DNA of 64,000 nucleotides from Edaphocola flava (GTDB lineage: Bacteria; Bacteroidota; Bacteroidia; Chitinophagales; Chitinophagaceae): the NCBI RefSeq assembly GCF_004118155.1, contig NZ_SAIQ01000002.1, forward strand, positions 460,487 to 524,486, given 5' to 3'. The position numbers and the translations under genes were made by a program. Of the stretch, positions 47,790 to 58,313 are shown piece by piece (position 1 is the first letter of the stretch; every line of letters begins with the position of its first letter). The notes beneath the pieces were generated by a model. That model had not been told where the DNA came from. It searched no databases and saw only the letters and a list, made by a program, of their open reading frames with translations.

Positions 47790-47907
47790 GTTGATGAGTG
47801 TTTGTAATCTGTCTGCAATATGCATAAAAAATTAATGAAATGCCTATTTCTTGACCGGAATCAATCGATTCCTGCGGCACTCGTCCTTGATTTGCTTAAA
47901 AATATAA

Positions 47908-48525
47908 TTGCTTATGAATCTTGTACCGAAACAGGACCGCTTTACCGGTTATTTGTTCCTATTGCCTTTACTGGCTTACGGATTAGGAAATGCTTTATTT
48001 GAATCTGCACTGCAGACCACTTCAGTGGCTGATCCTGTGTTGATTGCGGCTGGTACGCTGTTATGGATATTGAATGCGGTGACGGTAGTTGCTCTTGCGG
48101 CAATCCTTTATCCCTTACTGCAACAGTATAACAAAGCCGTAGCAGCCGCATATCTGGCTTCAAGGGTAATGGAAGCTGTTTTATTACTGATGGGGATGTT
48201 TGCTTTGAGGGCCAGCATACATACTGAGCTTGCTCCTGCGCCCATGTTGCGGAATGCGGTTCTGTTTTTTCACAGGGATTGTTACCAGGTGGCAATGTTG
48301 CTGTTAGGCACAGGTAGTATGGCTTTTTGCGGCTTGTTGTACCGTCATCGTTTACTATCCATATCATGGTCTGTATGGGGACTTGCCGGATATGGCTTGC
48401 TTGCTGCCAGCGCTGTTGCTGAACTGTGCGGGGTGCACTGGGGCTTATATGCATCCATTCCCGGAGGACTGTTTGAACTGGCATTGGGTATACGCCTGAT
48501 AGGCTGGGGATGGAACAGGCTATAG
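47908..48525 (+). CDS. DUF4386-like hypothetical membrane protein
   Basis: Six hydrophobic segments, 205 aa. Family assignment by recall only. Confidence 0.45.
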   Translation: MLMNLVPKQDRFTGYLFLLPLLAYGLGNALFESALQTTSVADPVLIAAGTLLWILNAVTVVALAAILYPLLQQYNKAVAAAYLASRVMEAVLLLMGMFALRASIHTELAPAPMLRNAVLFFHRDCYQVAMLLLGTGSMAFCGLLYRHRLLSISWSVWGLAGYGLLAASAVAELCGVHWGLYASIPGGLFELALGIRLIGWGWNRL

Positions 48526-49110
48526 GGTACGGTTGCGCGCCATACGGGCTCTCATCCGGCTAAGCGTTTCGGGTTGTACACCTATATAACTGGCAATCTG
48601 GTATTGAGGAACCCTTTGTATCAAAGACGGACGCTCGCGGATGAGCTTTTTGTAGCGCATTTCAGGTGTTTCCATGTAGAATTTGCGCATATCTGTTTGC
48701 ATCTGCGCAAATGACTGCTCCATTATTTTGCGGGCTATACTTTCAAAACGCGGATGTGCCTCGTACAGATCCTGCTCTTTAGAAGCGGTACCTACCACCA
48801 GTTCCGTATCCTCGCAACAGACAAGGTAATGCAGTGATGGTTTCTGGTACAGGAAACTATCCAAAGCAACGATCCAGTCTTCTTCGATGAAAAAGTTGTC
48901 TATTTTTTCTGTTCCCTCATGCAGTATATAAGAGCGGACACAGCCTTTGAGTACAAAATAACATTCCCGCGAAATCTGACCTTCTTTGAGCAATATAGTT
49001 CCTTTAGGGTATTTGCGTACCTCCATACTGTCTGCAATAGCTTTAGATTCTTCTTCAGACAGGGAAACTATATTCTGGAAATAACGGATCAGTGTATGCG
49101 TGGAGGTCAT
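48520..49110 (-). CDS. Crp/Fnr-family transcriptional regulator
   Basis: cNMP-binding domain plus C-terminal HTH (IASYIGVQPETLSRMRARM). Confidence 0.8.
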   Translation of the reverse strand: MTSTHTLIRYFQNIVSLSEEESKAIADSMEVRKYPKGTILLKEGQISRECYFVLKGCVRSYILHEGTEKIDNFFIEEDWIVALDSFLYQKPSLHYLVCCEDTELVVGTASKEQDLYEAHPRFESIARKIMEQSFAQMQTDMRKFYMETPEMRYKKLIRERPSLIQRVPQYQIASYIGVQPETLSRMRARMARNRTL

Positions 49111-49318
49111 AGTCTTGGTGATTTGGAAACAGTACTACAAAGGTACGGCAATAAAGGGCTTGTGTATCAATGTGTTTCTTTAAATATCCATCGTTAACTA
49201 TTGTTAATAAACAATTTGACGGGCGTGATTTCAAGTGCTGAAATGCAGGGTATATAATGGCCTCTGAGCTGTTTGTATGGCATCTTTTATTGATGTACTT
49301 TAGCTTTAAAATATCTGT

Positions 49319-50185
49319 ATGAAATCAATATTTACCTATATCTTTTTATTGTGTGCAGGAACTACTTTTGCGCAGACTCAATTTCCTGATTTTCTGACTG
49401 GCACCTGGAAGGTTGAGGGGAGAAATACTTTTGAGCATTGGGCACTGGAGGCCCCTACCGTATTAAAGGGGGAAGGATATGAGGTGCGTAAGAATGATGC
49501 ACACAAAACCACGGAATACCTGTCTATTACGTATAAAGGAAAGGATATTGTATATACGGCTACTGTGCCGGGGCAGAATAAGGGTAAGCCGGTCGACTTT
49601 AAACTGGTGCGCTCGGATAGTGTATTTATTTTTGAAAACAAAGCACATGATTTTCCCAAACAGATCATTTACCGGCTAGTTGGGCCAAATGAGTTGAAGG
49701 TTAAAGTAACAGATGGCGGGCTTAAAGGCTTTACATTAATCATGAAAAGAGTACTTCCGGAAATGCCTGCCACGCCACAAGCTATTGACAATCCCAGGTA
49801 TGATGAAGCATTGACCCGTAAACTGGGAGGGGATGAATACGGTATGAAAAGCTACTGGCTCGTCATTCTGAAAACAGGTCCGGTTACGATTTTAAATAAG
49901 GATTCTGTTAGTACTATTTTTAGAGGTCACCTGGCTAATATTGAACGCCTGGCAGAGGCGCGTAAAATTATTGTAGCCGGGCCTCTGGGTAAAAATGATC
50001 ATAACTACCGGGGTATATTTATCCTGAATGATATAAAGACGCTCGAAGATGCCAAGTCTTTACTGCAAACCGACCCTGCGGTACGAAGTGGACTGCTGGA
50101 GCCGGAAATCTATCCCTGGTATGGCTCGGCGGCATTGCCTGAGTACCTGGAAGCAGCAGATAAGATCTGGAAATCCAGACCTTAG
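49319..50185 (+). CDS. Secreted hypothetical protein with a C-terminal YciI-like (dimeric alpha/beta barrel) domain
   Basis: Signal peptide MKSIFTYIFLLCAGTTFAQ. The C-terminal ~100 aa (YWLVILKTGP...FRGHLANIERL...IIVAGPL) resemble YciI-family proteins. Confidence 0.5.
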   Translation: MKSIFTYIFLLCAGTTFAQTQFPDFLTGTWKVEGRNTFEHWALEAPTVLKGEGYEVRKNDAHKTTEYLSITYKGKDIVYTATVPGQNKGKPVDFKLVRSDSVFIFENKAHDFPKQIIYRLVGPNELKVKVTDGGLKGFTLIMKRVLPEMPATPQAIDNPRYDEALTRKLGGDEYGMKSYWLVILKTGPVTILNKDSVSTIFRGHLANIERLAEARKIIVAGPLGKNDHNYRGIFILNDIKTLEDAKSLLQTDPAVRSGLLEPEIYPWYGSAALPEYLEAADKIWKSRP

Positions 50186-50215
50186 ACCCAGTTCGAGAAA
50201 AATAATTATTGGGTA

Positions 50216-50700
50216 TCCGCTTACAGGAAACAAAGTCTGGCATTATAATTTAAGTAGCCTATATATCTATTGCTACCTTTTGCCTTGATGCAAAAGGTAC
50301 CGCCAAAAAATCAAGGCTGTATAAATCCCTGGCTAAAAATCAATGTGTCGGCCGGTCTCAAACCAGACTCACTGCGTTCAGACAGTGGTTTGCAACTTTA
50401 TCGACCGAGCCAATGATTTTTTTAACGCCGGATTTATAAGGCCTTTTTGAGCGATCTGTATGGTACAGATCGCTTATTGTTTTCATCACAGCGATAGACA
50501 TTTTGGAGTGGAGCTGCGATCGTTGAGCACCGAAAGCATCACACGTTAAGCTCAGACGATCAATGCACGCAACGGTACAAAATGGCGGTGCTCCGCAATC
50601 GCCTTGATGAAAACAAAGGCACTTTTGGTCCTTTTGTTGCCGGACAAAAGGACGAATAAATAGTTGCCTACATGCGGAAAGTCAGTTAAATAATTTTCAA
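50216..50700. repeat. Composite intergenic repeat locus: module A, ~375-bp insert containing hairpin H2 and full copy 2 of element E, then hairpin H and module B
   Basis: A (50216-50246) and H+B (50627-50692) are contiguous at the 22694 locus but separated here by 50247-50626. That insert includes ctaccttttgc-cttgat-gcaaaaggtac and E (50432-50626). Confidence 0.75.
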
Positions 50701-50780
50701 AAAAGATCAGGTTGGGCAATCCATCCTGGTCTTTTGTTCGTATGTAAGGATATACCAAACAACCTTTAAACGAATTAATT

Positions 50781-51377
50781 ATGAAAAAGCAAGCCTTATT
50801 ATGGATGATGTTCAGTGCCTCGGCAATCGGAATGGTATCCTGTACGTCTTCAACAGATTCTAAAAGTGAAACGCAGCAAACTGCAGAAATGAAAGAAGCC
50901 GCTCCTGCTGCAGAAGCTCCTAAAGTAGAGAATGGAGTAGAAGTAGGTGGCGCAATGATGGTGCCTTCTAAAAATATTGTAGAAAACGCTATGGGATCTA
51001 ATGATCATACTACACTGGTTGCAGCAGTAAAAGCAGCAGGTCTGGTAGAAACATTGAGCGGAGCCGGTCCGTTTACCGTATTTGCTCCTACTAATGAGGC
51101 TTTTGCAAAAGTGCCTAAGGCTACCTTGGATAACCTGATGAAGCCAGAGCAAAAAGAAGCACTGACAAAAATACTGACCTATCACGTAGTAGCAGGTGCC
51201 TATACCTCTAAAGATCTGAAAGATGGTATGGAACTGACTACGGTGCAGGGCGGAAAAATAAAACTGATGATGAAAGACGGTGCCTGGTGGGTTAATGGCG
51301 CTAAGATAACTATTCCGGATGTGATCAGTAAGAATGGCGTTACTTATGTGATTGACGGTGTATTAATGCCGAAATAA
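50781..51377 (+). CDS. Fasciclin (FAS1) domain protein, secreted (paralog of 39211-39783)
   Basis: Signal peptide/lipobox, FAS1 motifs. ~80% nucleotide identity to the other copy over the core domain, by eye. Confidence 0.85.
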   Translation: MKKQALLWMMFSASAIGMVSCTSSTDSKSETQQTAEMKEAAPAAEAPKVENGVEVGGAMMVPSKNIVENAMGSNDHTTLVAAVKAAGLVETLSGAGPFTVFAPTNEAFAKVPKATLDNLMKPEQKEALTKILTYHVVAGAYTSKDLKDGMELTTVQGGKIKLMMKDGAWWVNGAKITIPDVISKNGVTYVIDGVLMPK

Positions 51378-51453
51378 GATATTGGGTGGAATGATGAAGG
51401 CAACAAGCCGGGGCTGTAATGAACAGTCCCGGCTTTGTTTTATTATAAGGTTT

Positions 51454-52485
51454 TTACTTTTCCAGGAATTGTTTGGTATAGGCGGCGCCACTACTGATCA
51501 ATTGCTGTTTTTCACTTTCTGATAATTTTCGGATACGAGGACCTATGCCTGCTGAGGAAATGGAGATTGTCCGGTCCCAATCTGCTTGTGTAAGCGTGTT
51601 GCGATTCAGGTTTTCGATAGTATAGACATAAAGTGCGGCAATGTAACTGTTCAGGTTCCGTATTGATGCAGGCGCGAGTGTGCCGGTTTGTTGTCCGTCC
51701 AGGCTGATCTGTTCCGGTTCATCGATGCGTACACCCAGTGTTGCCGGATTGGGAATGCGCAGGGCAGGCTGTACGGTATTGTCGATACGGTCAAAAAGAA
51801 ATATCGGAAAATTGCCGGTAAGGCCACCGTCTACAACGATATCTAGTCCAGGCGGCATGCGTTTACCTCTATATACTTTGCCCTGTGCATCGATAAAGGA
51901 CGCTTCAAAATATAAAGGAATGGACATGGATATGCTTACGGCATCCTTTACTTTCATATCCGGATAAGTCTCCCGGGAGAAGACCAGTAGCTGCTGCCGG
52001 TTCAGACAGGTTCCGGTCACATAAAGGGATTTATAACCGGCAGCCTGCATTGCTGTAAAGGTAATGTCTGCATTGCCGGTTTTACGGGATATGACATCGC
52101 CCAGCCATCGTTCAAATGCCTGTTTTCGGTACCAGCCATAATGCCTGCGCATCCTGCTCCAGCCACCGGCAAACCAGTACTTTCCATCATTGAATTGTTC
52201 GAATGGTGTTTCATCTGCAAGATGATATATTTCTTCTGAGGAATAGCCCAGCGCCACCATCAGTGCGGTAATGGCGCCGGCAGAGGTGCCGCCCACTTTC
52301 TGAATGCCGGGTAGCATATGCTCCTGCTCCAGTACCTTAATTACACCACTGTAGGCGATTCCCCTGATGCCTCCGCCCTCAAATACCAGGTTGTGATAAG
52401 TAACAGTCTGTGCGTAAGATAAAAAAGGAAGGATGCTCATAAAGAGCCAGAATAGATATTTGCGCATGCCGTATGGTGATTTCAA
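51454..52485 (-). CDS. Patatin-like phospholipase, secreted
   Basis: Signal peptide; oxyanion GGGIRG, nucleophile elbow GTSAG (GxSxG), and catalytic Asp in the DGG region. Confidence 0.85.
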   Translation of the reverse strand: MKSPYGMRKYLFWLFMSILPFLSYAQTVTYHNLVFEGGGIRGIAYSGVIKVLEQEHMLPGIQKVGGTSAGAITALMVALGYSSEEIYHLADETPFEQFNDGKYWFAGGWSRMRRHYGWYRKQAFERWLGDVISRKTGNADITFTAMQAAGYKSLYVTGTCLNRQQLLVFSRETYPDMKVKDAVSISMSIPLYFEASFIDAQGKVYRGKRMPPGLDIVVDGGLTGNFPIFLFDRIDNTVQPALRIPNPATLGVRIDEPEQISLDGQQTGTLAPASIRNLNSYIAALYVYTIENLNRNTLTQADWDRTISISSAGIGPRIRKLSESEKQQLISSGAAYTKQFLEK

Positions 52486-52553
52486 TTATCTATAAAACGA
52501 AAAAGGCAGCACTTTTTTTGTGCTGCCTTTTTAAAAGTATGGTTAACAGAAGA

Positions 52554-53243
<690 letters not shown>

Positions 53244-53274
53244 ATTGTATATATATTTCTAAAATTGTATAATC

Positions 53275-54252
53275 TTAACGATAAAACCACTGAAGGTAAA
53301 TGATTACCGCCAGCAGTAAAAAATTCAGACTTTCTGCGAACCATTTCGGTTTTTTTAGGAACCAGATATTGCTGATAAACAGAGTAGCAGGCAGCAAAGT
53401 TACAATCCAAATCTCATTACCCAAAGTAAAAATCGGAATTGTGCTTAAAATACTGACAAAAAGGAAGATAATATTGATCCACCACATCTTTTTGATCTGG
53501 AAAAGCATGCGGTTCATATGCTGATTGAGAAGGATGAAACCTGTAATCGTCAATAATCCTAAGGTTGCGGTCGCAATTACCGCCGGTACCGGCAGCAGTT
53601 TGGGTAGGGTAAAGTGTACCGAGAATATGCTGGAAAAAATATACAGACTATCGGTCAGGTAAGCGACTCCGCCCAGTATATATACTGGTGTAGCCATACC
53701 CAGCAGCGTCACCATCCACTCCACCAGCTTGAACGGACGCAGGATCAGTAAGGCTATGGTAATGAAAAATATAAAGAATACGTTCGGGAAGCTGAGCAGA
53801 AACAGCAGGCTGTAGAGGCAACCGATATTGAACAGGCTTTTACGGGCATGCTGATCGGCATAGGTAGAATAAACCAGGTTGATCAGGCCCAGGAACAACC
53901 AGTTGTTCAGCATATCTGCAGAAAAAAGGCTCCATTCCGGCAATAAAGAACTGGCCAGTATATAAGTATATGCAGGCAGATAGGTTCGTTTGCTGAAAAA
54001 ATGGAATTTATTGGTAATATAATTGAGGTAGAGTGCCTGTCCGGCAATATTCACCGTGGCAAGGAAGGTATAGAAAAAGCTTCCTCCACCGAAAATGTCC
54101 ATGAATTTGCGCAGGAATATGCTCCATAAAACCTGATGTTGTTCCATATGTGGTACAACAGCATGAGATAATACATTGAATTTCAGGACTAAAGTCAGAA
54201 TGAGCAATATGATGATTGCATAGGGATTCTGATTTTTGAACAGCTTAATCAC
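53275..54252 (-). CDS. Hypothetical polytopic membrane protein
   Basis: Multiple TM helices; no motif recognised. Confidence 0.45.
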   Translation of the reverse strand: MIKLFKNQNPYAIIILLILTLVLKFNVLSHAVVPHMEQHQVLWSIFLRKFMDIFGGGSFFYTFLATVNIAGQALYLNYITNKFHFFSKRTYLPAYTYILASSLLPEWSLFSADMLNNWLFLGLINLVYSTYADQHARKSLFNIGCLYSLLFLLSFPNVFFIFFITIALLILRPFKLVEWMVTLLGMATPVYILGGVAYLTDSLYIFSSIFSVHFTLPKLLPVPAVIATATLGLLTITGFILLNQHMNRMLFQIKKMWWINIIFLFVSILSTIPIFTLGNEIWIVTLLPATLFISNIWFLKKPKWFAESLNFLLLAVIIYLQWFYR

Positions 54253-54331
54253 TAAGGATGTAACGTTTAACGAAGGTTATATAACAATCGCGAATATCGT
54301 AAAACTAATTTAATTTATCTACTTTAATAAT

Positions 54332-54359
54332 TTGATATTTAGGTTTTTTACTACCTTTG
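54332..54359 (+). promoter_or_regulatory. Promoter of panD (-33 TTG ... -7 TAccTTTG, 17-nt spacer)
   Basis: ttg at 54332-54334 and tacctttg at 54352-54359. The ATG at 54368 implies a near-leaderless transcript. Confidence 0.5.
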
Positions 54360-54367
54360 CATCCGCT

Positions 54368-54712
54368 ATGCAAATTCAGTTATTAAAGTCCAAAATCCAT
54401 AGAGTTACGGTTACGGAAGCTAATCTTAACTATATCGGTAGCATTACCATCGATCAGGATCTGATGGATGCCGCTAATATCATTGAAAATGAAAAAGTTC
54501 AGATTGTAAATATCAATAATGGAGAGCGTCTGGAAACCTATGTGATTAAAGGCCAGAGAGGTAGTGGTCAGATCTGCCTGAATGGCCCGGCTGCACGTAA
54601 AGTAACTCCGGGAGATATGATCATCATTATCTCTTATTGTATCATGGATTTTGAAGAGGCAAAGCAATATGAGCCTACCATTATTTTTCCTAAAGAAAAT
54701 AATACTCTTTAA
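54368..54712 (+). CDS. panD: Aspartate 1-decarboxylase
   Basis: [29 protein letters not shown] with the Gly-Ser self-cleavage site. The start is set at 54368 because the longer ORF overlaps the promoter. Confidence 0.9.
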   Translation: MQIQLLKSKIHRVTVTEANLNYIGSITIDQDLMDAANIIENEKVQIVNINNGERLETYVIKGQRGSGQICLNGPAARKVTPGDMIIIISYCIMDFEEAKQYEPTIIFPKENNTL

Positions 54713-54739
54713 AGGATACCTTATTTTAAATAAAACAGG

Positions 54740-54768
54740 AAAGCGTACTTTTGAGTGCGCTTTTTTTT
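54740..54768 (+). terminator. Rho-independent terminator of panD
   Basis: aaagcgtac-ttttga-gtgcgcttt (one G-U pair) followed by TTTTTTTT. Confidence 0.65.
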
Positions 54769-54807
54769 ATCAGCGCAATTGCCAGGACCTATATAAAAAC
54801 GATAGAA

Positions 54808-56181
54808 ATGAAGACGAAATCGGCCTTTTTTTGCCAGAACTGCGGTTATGAAAGTACAAAATGGGCCGGAAAGTGCCCGAATTGTAATGAGTGGAACACA
54901 TTTGTAGAAGAAGTCAAAGAGAAGCCTTCTGCAAAGGCAGATATAAAAGAATTGTGGACCGAAGACACGGTCAAGGCTATGAATAAAGCCAAAAGTATAT
55001 CTGAAATACAGACAGAAGAGGAGATACGCTATGCACTACCGGATGAGGAACTGAACCGCACCCTGGGCGGGGGACTGGTACAGGGCTCTGTAACCCTCAT
55101 TGCCGGAGATCCCGGAATCGGAAAATCGACATTGTTCCTGCAAGCGGCACTAAAAGCCACACAGTTGAGGGTGCTATATGTATCGGGAGAGGAAAGTATG
55201 CACCAGATCAAAATGCGTGCAGACCGTATCGGCATTTCCAATCCTAACCTGTTCCTGCTTACGGCCACCAATACACAGACCATATTTCAGGAAGTAAAGA
55301 AGATACAGCCCAACTGGGTTATTATTGATTCCATACAAACCCTTGAATCGCCTTATATAGAGAGTGCCCCGGGTAGCGTATCGCAGGTGCGCGAATGCGC
55401 AGCCGAGCTGCAGCGTTTTGCCAAACAGACTAATACACCCGTGTCCATAATCGGTCATATTACAAAAGAGGGTAGTATTGCCGGGCCTAAAATACTGGAA
55501 CATATGGTTGATACCGTGTTACAGTTTGAAGGAGACCGGCATTATGCCTACCGCATCTTGCGTACCCTGAAAAACCGTTTCGGTTCTACTGCCGAGTTGG
55601 GTATATATGAAATGGTACATAATGGGATGCGCGGTGTGAGTAATCCGTCAGACATCCTCATTACACAGCATGAAGAAGCCCTGAGTGGTATTGCCATCGC
55701 GGCGGCTATAGAAGGGATGCGTCCGCTGATGATCGAGACACAGGCATTGGTGTCACAAGCTGTATATGGTACACCGCAGCGTACTGTGAACGGATTTGAC
55801 CTGCGTCGTCTGCAGTTATTACTGGCGGTACTGGAAAAGAGGGGTGGTTTTCACTTTGGTATGAAGGATGTATTCCTCAATATTGCCGGAGGCCTGCGCA
55901 TTGAAGACCCTTCTATAGACCTGGCGATTGTGTGTGCATTATTGTCCTCATACGAAGATCAGCCATTGCCGGCCAATGTATGCTTTATCGGGGAGGTAGG
56001 CCTTTCCGGTGAGATCCGTGCTGTAAACCGTATTGAGCAACGCATCGCAGAAGCCGATAAAATGGGTATGGATGCTGTATTTATTCCCAAAGCGAACACT
56101 AAAGGGCTTGATATCAGTAAATTCAAAATAGAAGTGCGCTCGGTAAACAAGGTCTCTGATATATACCAGGCCTTATTTTAA
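54808..56181 (+). CDS. radA: DNA repair protein RadA/Sms
   Basis: N-terminal zinc finger CQNCGYESTKWAGKCPNCNEW, RecA-like Walker A GDPGIGKST, KNRFG motif, and Lon-like C-terminal domain. The start is set after the upstream terminator. Confidence 0.9.
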   Translation: MKTKSAFFCQNCGYESTKWAGKCPNCNEWNTFVEEVKEKPSAKADIKELWTEDTVKAMNKAKSISEIQTEEEIRYALPDEELNRTLGGGLVQGSVTLIAGDPGIGKSTLFLQAALKATQLRVLYVSGEESMHQIKMRADRIGISNPNLFLLTATNTQTIFQEVKKIQPNWVIIDSIQTLESPYIESAPGSVSQVRECAAELQRFAKQTNTPVSIIGHITKEGSIAGPKILEHMVDTVLQFEGDRHYAYRILRTLKNRFGSTAELGIYEMVHNGMRGVSNPSDILITQHEEALSGIAIAAAIEGMRPLMIETQALVSQAVYGTPQRTVNGFDLRRLQLLLAVLEKRGGFHFGMKDVFLNIAGGLRIEDPSIDLAIVCALLSSYEDQPLPANVCFIGEVGLSGEIRAVNRIEQRIAEADKMGMDAVFIPKANTKGLDISKFKIEVRSVNKVSDIYQALF

Positions 56182-56248
56182 GCTCAGAATGATGAAAAAT
56201 ATATATTTTCGTACCTCTTAAACAAAAACAAGAAAACGCAAAAACACA

Positions 56249-57046
56249 ATGGAACATTTATTATCCTTTGACAGTATCCTGAGTTTTGTCATCCTGGTCG
56301 TACTAGAAGTCGTACTGGGTATTGACAATGTGATCTTCGTCAGCATTATCCTGAACCGCCTACCGGAGCACCTGCGCAAAAAAGGACGCACCATCTGGAT
56401 GTTTACCGGTATTGCTGTGCGCTGCCTGCTGTTGATGGCATTAAGCTGGTTACTGTCACAGAAAGGGAAACCTTTATTTACGATAATGGACAAGGGCTTT
56501 GACCTGGCAAGCCTCGTTATGCTGCTAGGCGGTACATTCCTTATATATAAAACGGTAAAAGAGATTCATGCCAAGCTGGAAGGGGAGGAGCACCATGAGA
56601 CCGGTAATAAGCCAATGCTGAGCCTGCCACAGGCAGTTTCTCAGATCATCCTGATCGATATGATCTTCAGCTTCGACAGTATCATTACTGCGGGGGGCAC
56701 TGCAAAACATATTGAAATCATGGTAGCTGCGGTAGTAGTGGCAATGTTTGTCATGTTCCGTTTCAGTCCCAATATTGCCAGTTTTATTGAAAAACATCCG
56801 ACCATTAAGATCCTGGCTTTATCATTCCTGGTTATGATCGGCTTTGTGTTACTGGTAGAGGGCTGGAATGCCGAAAAAGCGCATGATTTACACCTCAAAA
56901 ATTACGCTTACTTCGCAATGGCCTTCTCTGTAATCGTAGAAATGGTTAACCTCAGGGCCGCGAGAAAGAGCAGAGAACGGGCAGATCGTATGGCCGAAAT
57001 GGCCGAAGACCTGGGAAAGGTGGAAAAAGATATGGGCATTGATTAA
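56249..57046 (+). CDS. TerC-family integral membrane protein
   Basis: LGIDNVIFVSIIL N-terminal motif and a second repeat (IDMIFSFDSIITAGG) typical of TerC/Alx. Confidence 0.8.
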   Translation: MEHLLSFDSILSFVILVVLEVVLGIDNVIFVSIILNRLPEHLRKKGRTIWMFTGIAVRCLLLMALSWLLSQKGKPLFTIMDKGFDLASLVMLLGGTFLIYKTVKEIHAKLEGEEHHETGNKPMLSLPQAVSQIILIDMIFSFDSIITAGGTAKHIEIMVAAVVVAMFVMFRFSPNIASFIEKHPTIKILALSFLVMIGFVLLVEGWNAEKAHDLHLKNYAYFAMAFSVIVEMVNLRAARKSRERADRMAEMAEDLGKVEKDMGID

Positions 57047-57127
57047 TATACTATATATCAATCAGTATTAATTGATTATAATTTAAGTGATGTACCTTGA
57101 AAAGGGTACATCACACTTTTAAACCAT

Positions 57128-58225
57128 ATGGCAACAACCCATCATTCCCGTTTACATTACCTTGATTCTGCCAGGGGCATTGCCGCCATGATGGTACTGG
57201 TAGGGCATTACATCAGCTGGAAGTTTGACCATCATATGGCCGTGCGTTACCTTTCACTGCTGGTCAATGAAAATGATGCAGTATCCTTCTTTTTTGTGCT
57301 GAGTGGTTTTGTGCTGGCATATCCTTTTCTGATCCTGGATAAGAAAATGGATATCGGGAAATTTTACGTCAATCGTTTCTTTAGACTGTATCCTGGTTTC
57401 CTGGCCGCTTTTCTGATCAACTATATATATTCTATACGCCATGATCTCAATTGGGCAGAGGTGGGTAAAGTACTCTTGCACAGTGACAGAGGCTTCTGGC
57501 AGGAATTTTTCCTGCTTCGGGGCAATAACCAGCACTTCCTTCCCGGCTGGACTTTAGGCATTGAGATGGCAGCATCTTTCCTGATTCCTTTCCTGATCCT
57601 GGCCGTGCGGTACAATAAGAAACTAGCCAACTGGCTCTTATTAGCCATATTCCTGGGCAACCTGGTGATCGGTTCATTTATGATTCACTTTGCCTTAGGT
57701 ATCTGGGTGGCCGCAAATTTCAATCTTATTTCCGGGCCTGAATTTCATAAATCAGCCTTGTACAGATACCGGTTTCCCCTGGTTTTAGTAGCCATGGTAC
57801 TCTTTTCTTTACGTAAAATAGACAGGCTCTCTGCTTTCGGACCATTTTTTAAGACATTTGCCGATTATACCCATATAGACTTCTTTGTCTATTCCGGTAT
57901 TGCCTCCTTCATTTTCCTGGTGTACTGTATTCATTTCAAAGGCGTACAGCGTATCCTGGAGAGTAAGCTATTATTGTTCTATGGTAAAATATCATACGGT
58001 ATCTACCTGGTACACTGGGTGTTAGTACGATTTATATATGATTACTGGGATAGGTTGAACGATTTGCTGGGCGGGTCGGAACAACGCACCTTTATATTGT
58101 TGTTTTTTGCCCTGCTGGGGACTTCTACCTTGCTGGCCCTTGCCATCTATCTCTGGATAGAGCTACCCTTTATGCGACTGGGCAAAAAGATTGCCGGACG
58201 GATGAAGGCTACTGTCGAAATTTAA
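57128..58225 (+). CDS. Acyltransferase family 3 (OafA/OatA-like) membrane acyltransferase
   Basis: LHYLDSARGIAAMMVLVGHY N-terminus with conserved His, ~10 TM helices, 365 aa. Confidence 0.75.
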   Translation: MATTHHSRLHYLDSARGIAAMMVLVGHYISWKFDHHMAVRYLSLLVNENDAVSFFFVLSGFVLAYPFLILDKKMDIGKFYVNRFFRLYPGFLAAFLINYIYSIRHDLNWAEVGKVLLHSDRGFWQEFFLLRGNNQHFLPGWTLGIEMAASFLIPFLILAVRYNKKLANWLLLAIFLGNLVIGSFMIHFALGIWVAANFNLISGPEFHKSALYRYRFPLVLVAMVLFSLRKIDRLSAFGPFFKTFADYTHIDFFVYSGIASFIFLVYCIHFKGVQRILESKLLLFYGKISYGIYLVHWVLVRFIYDYWDRLNDLLGGSEQRTFILLFFALLGTSTLLALAIYLWIELPFMRLGKKIAGRMKATVEI

Positions 58226-58247
58226 ACGCAAATATCGGTACTTAGAT

Positions 58248-58278
58248 TTGGAATAATAAGTTACGAGGCGTACCTTTG
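58248..58278 (+). promoter_or_regulatory. Promoter of atpG (-33 TTG ... -7 TAccTTTG, 20-nt spacer)
   Basis: ttg at 58248-58250 and tacctttg at 58271-58278, 36 nt upstream of the ATG. Confidence 0.45.
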
Positions 58279-58313
58279 CACCCAAATTTAATAGATAATT
58301 TTATTATAAATAT

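Noticed and set aside
50290-50440. Possible tRNA or small RNA gene in the 375-bp insert (gtcggccggtctcaaaccagactcactgcgttcagacagtggtttgcaa)
   Set aside because: No cloverleaf could be drawn by eye: no T-loop GTTCRANYC box or acceptor-stem complementarity. It is left as part of the repeat locus.
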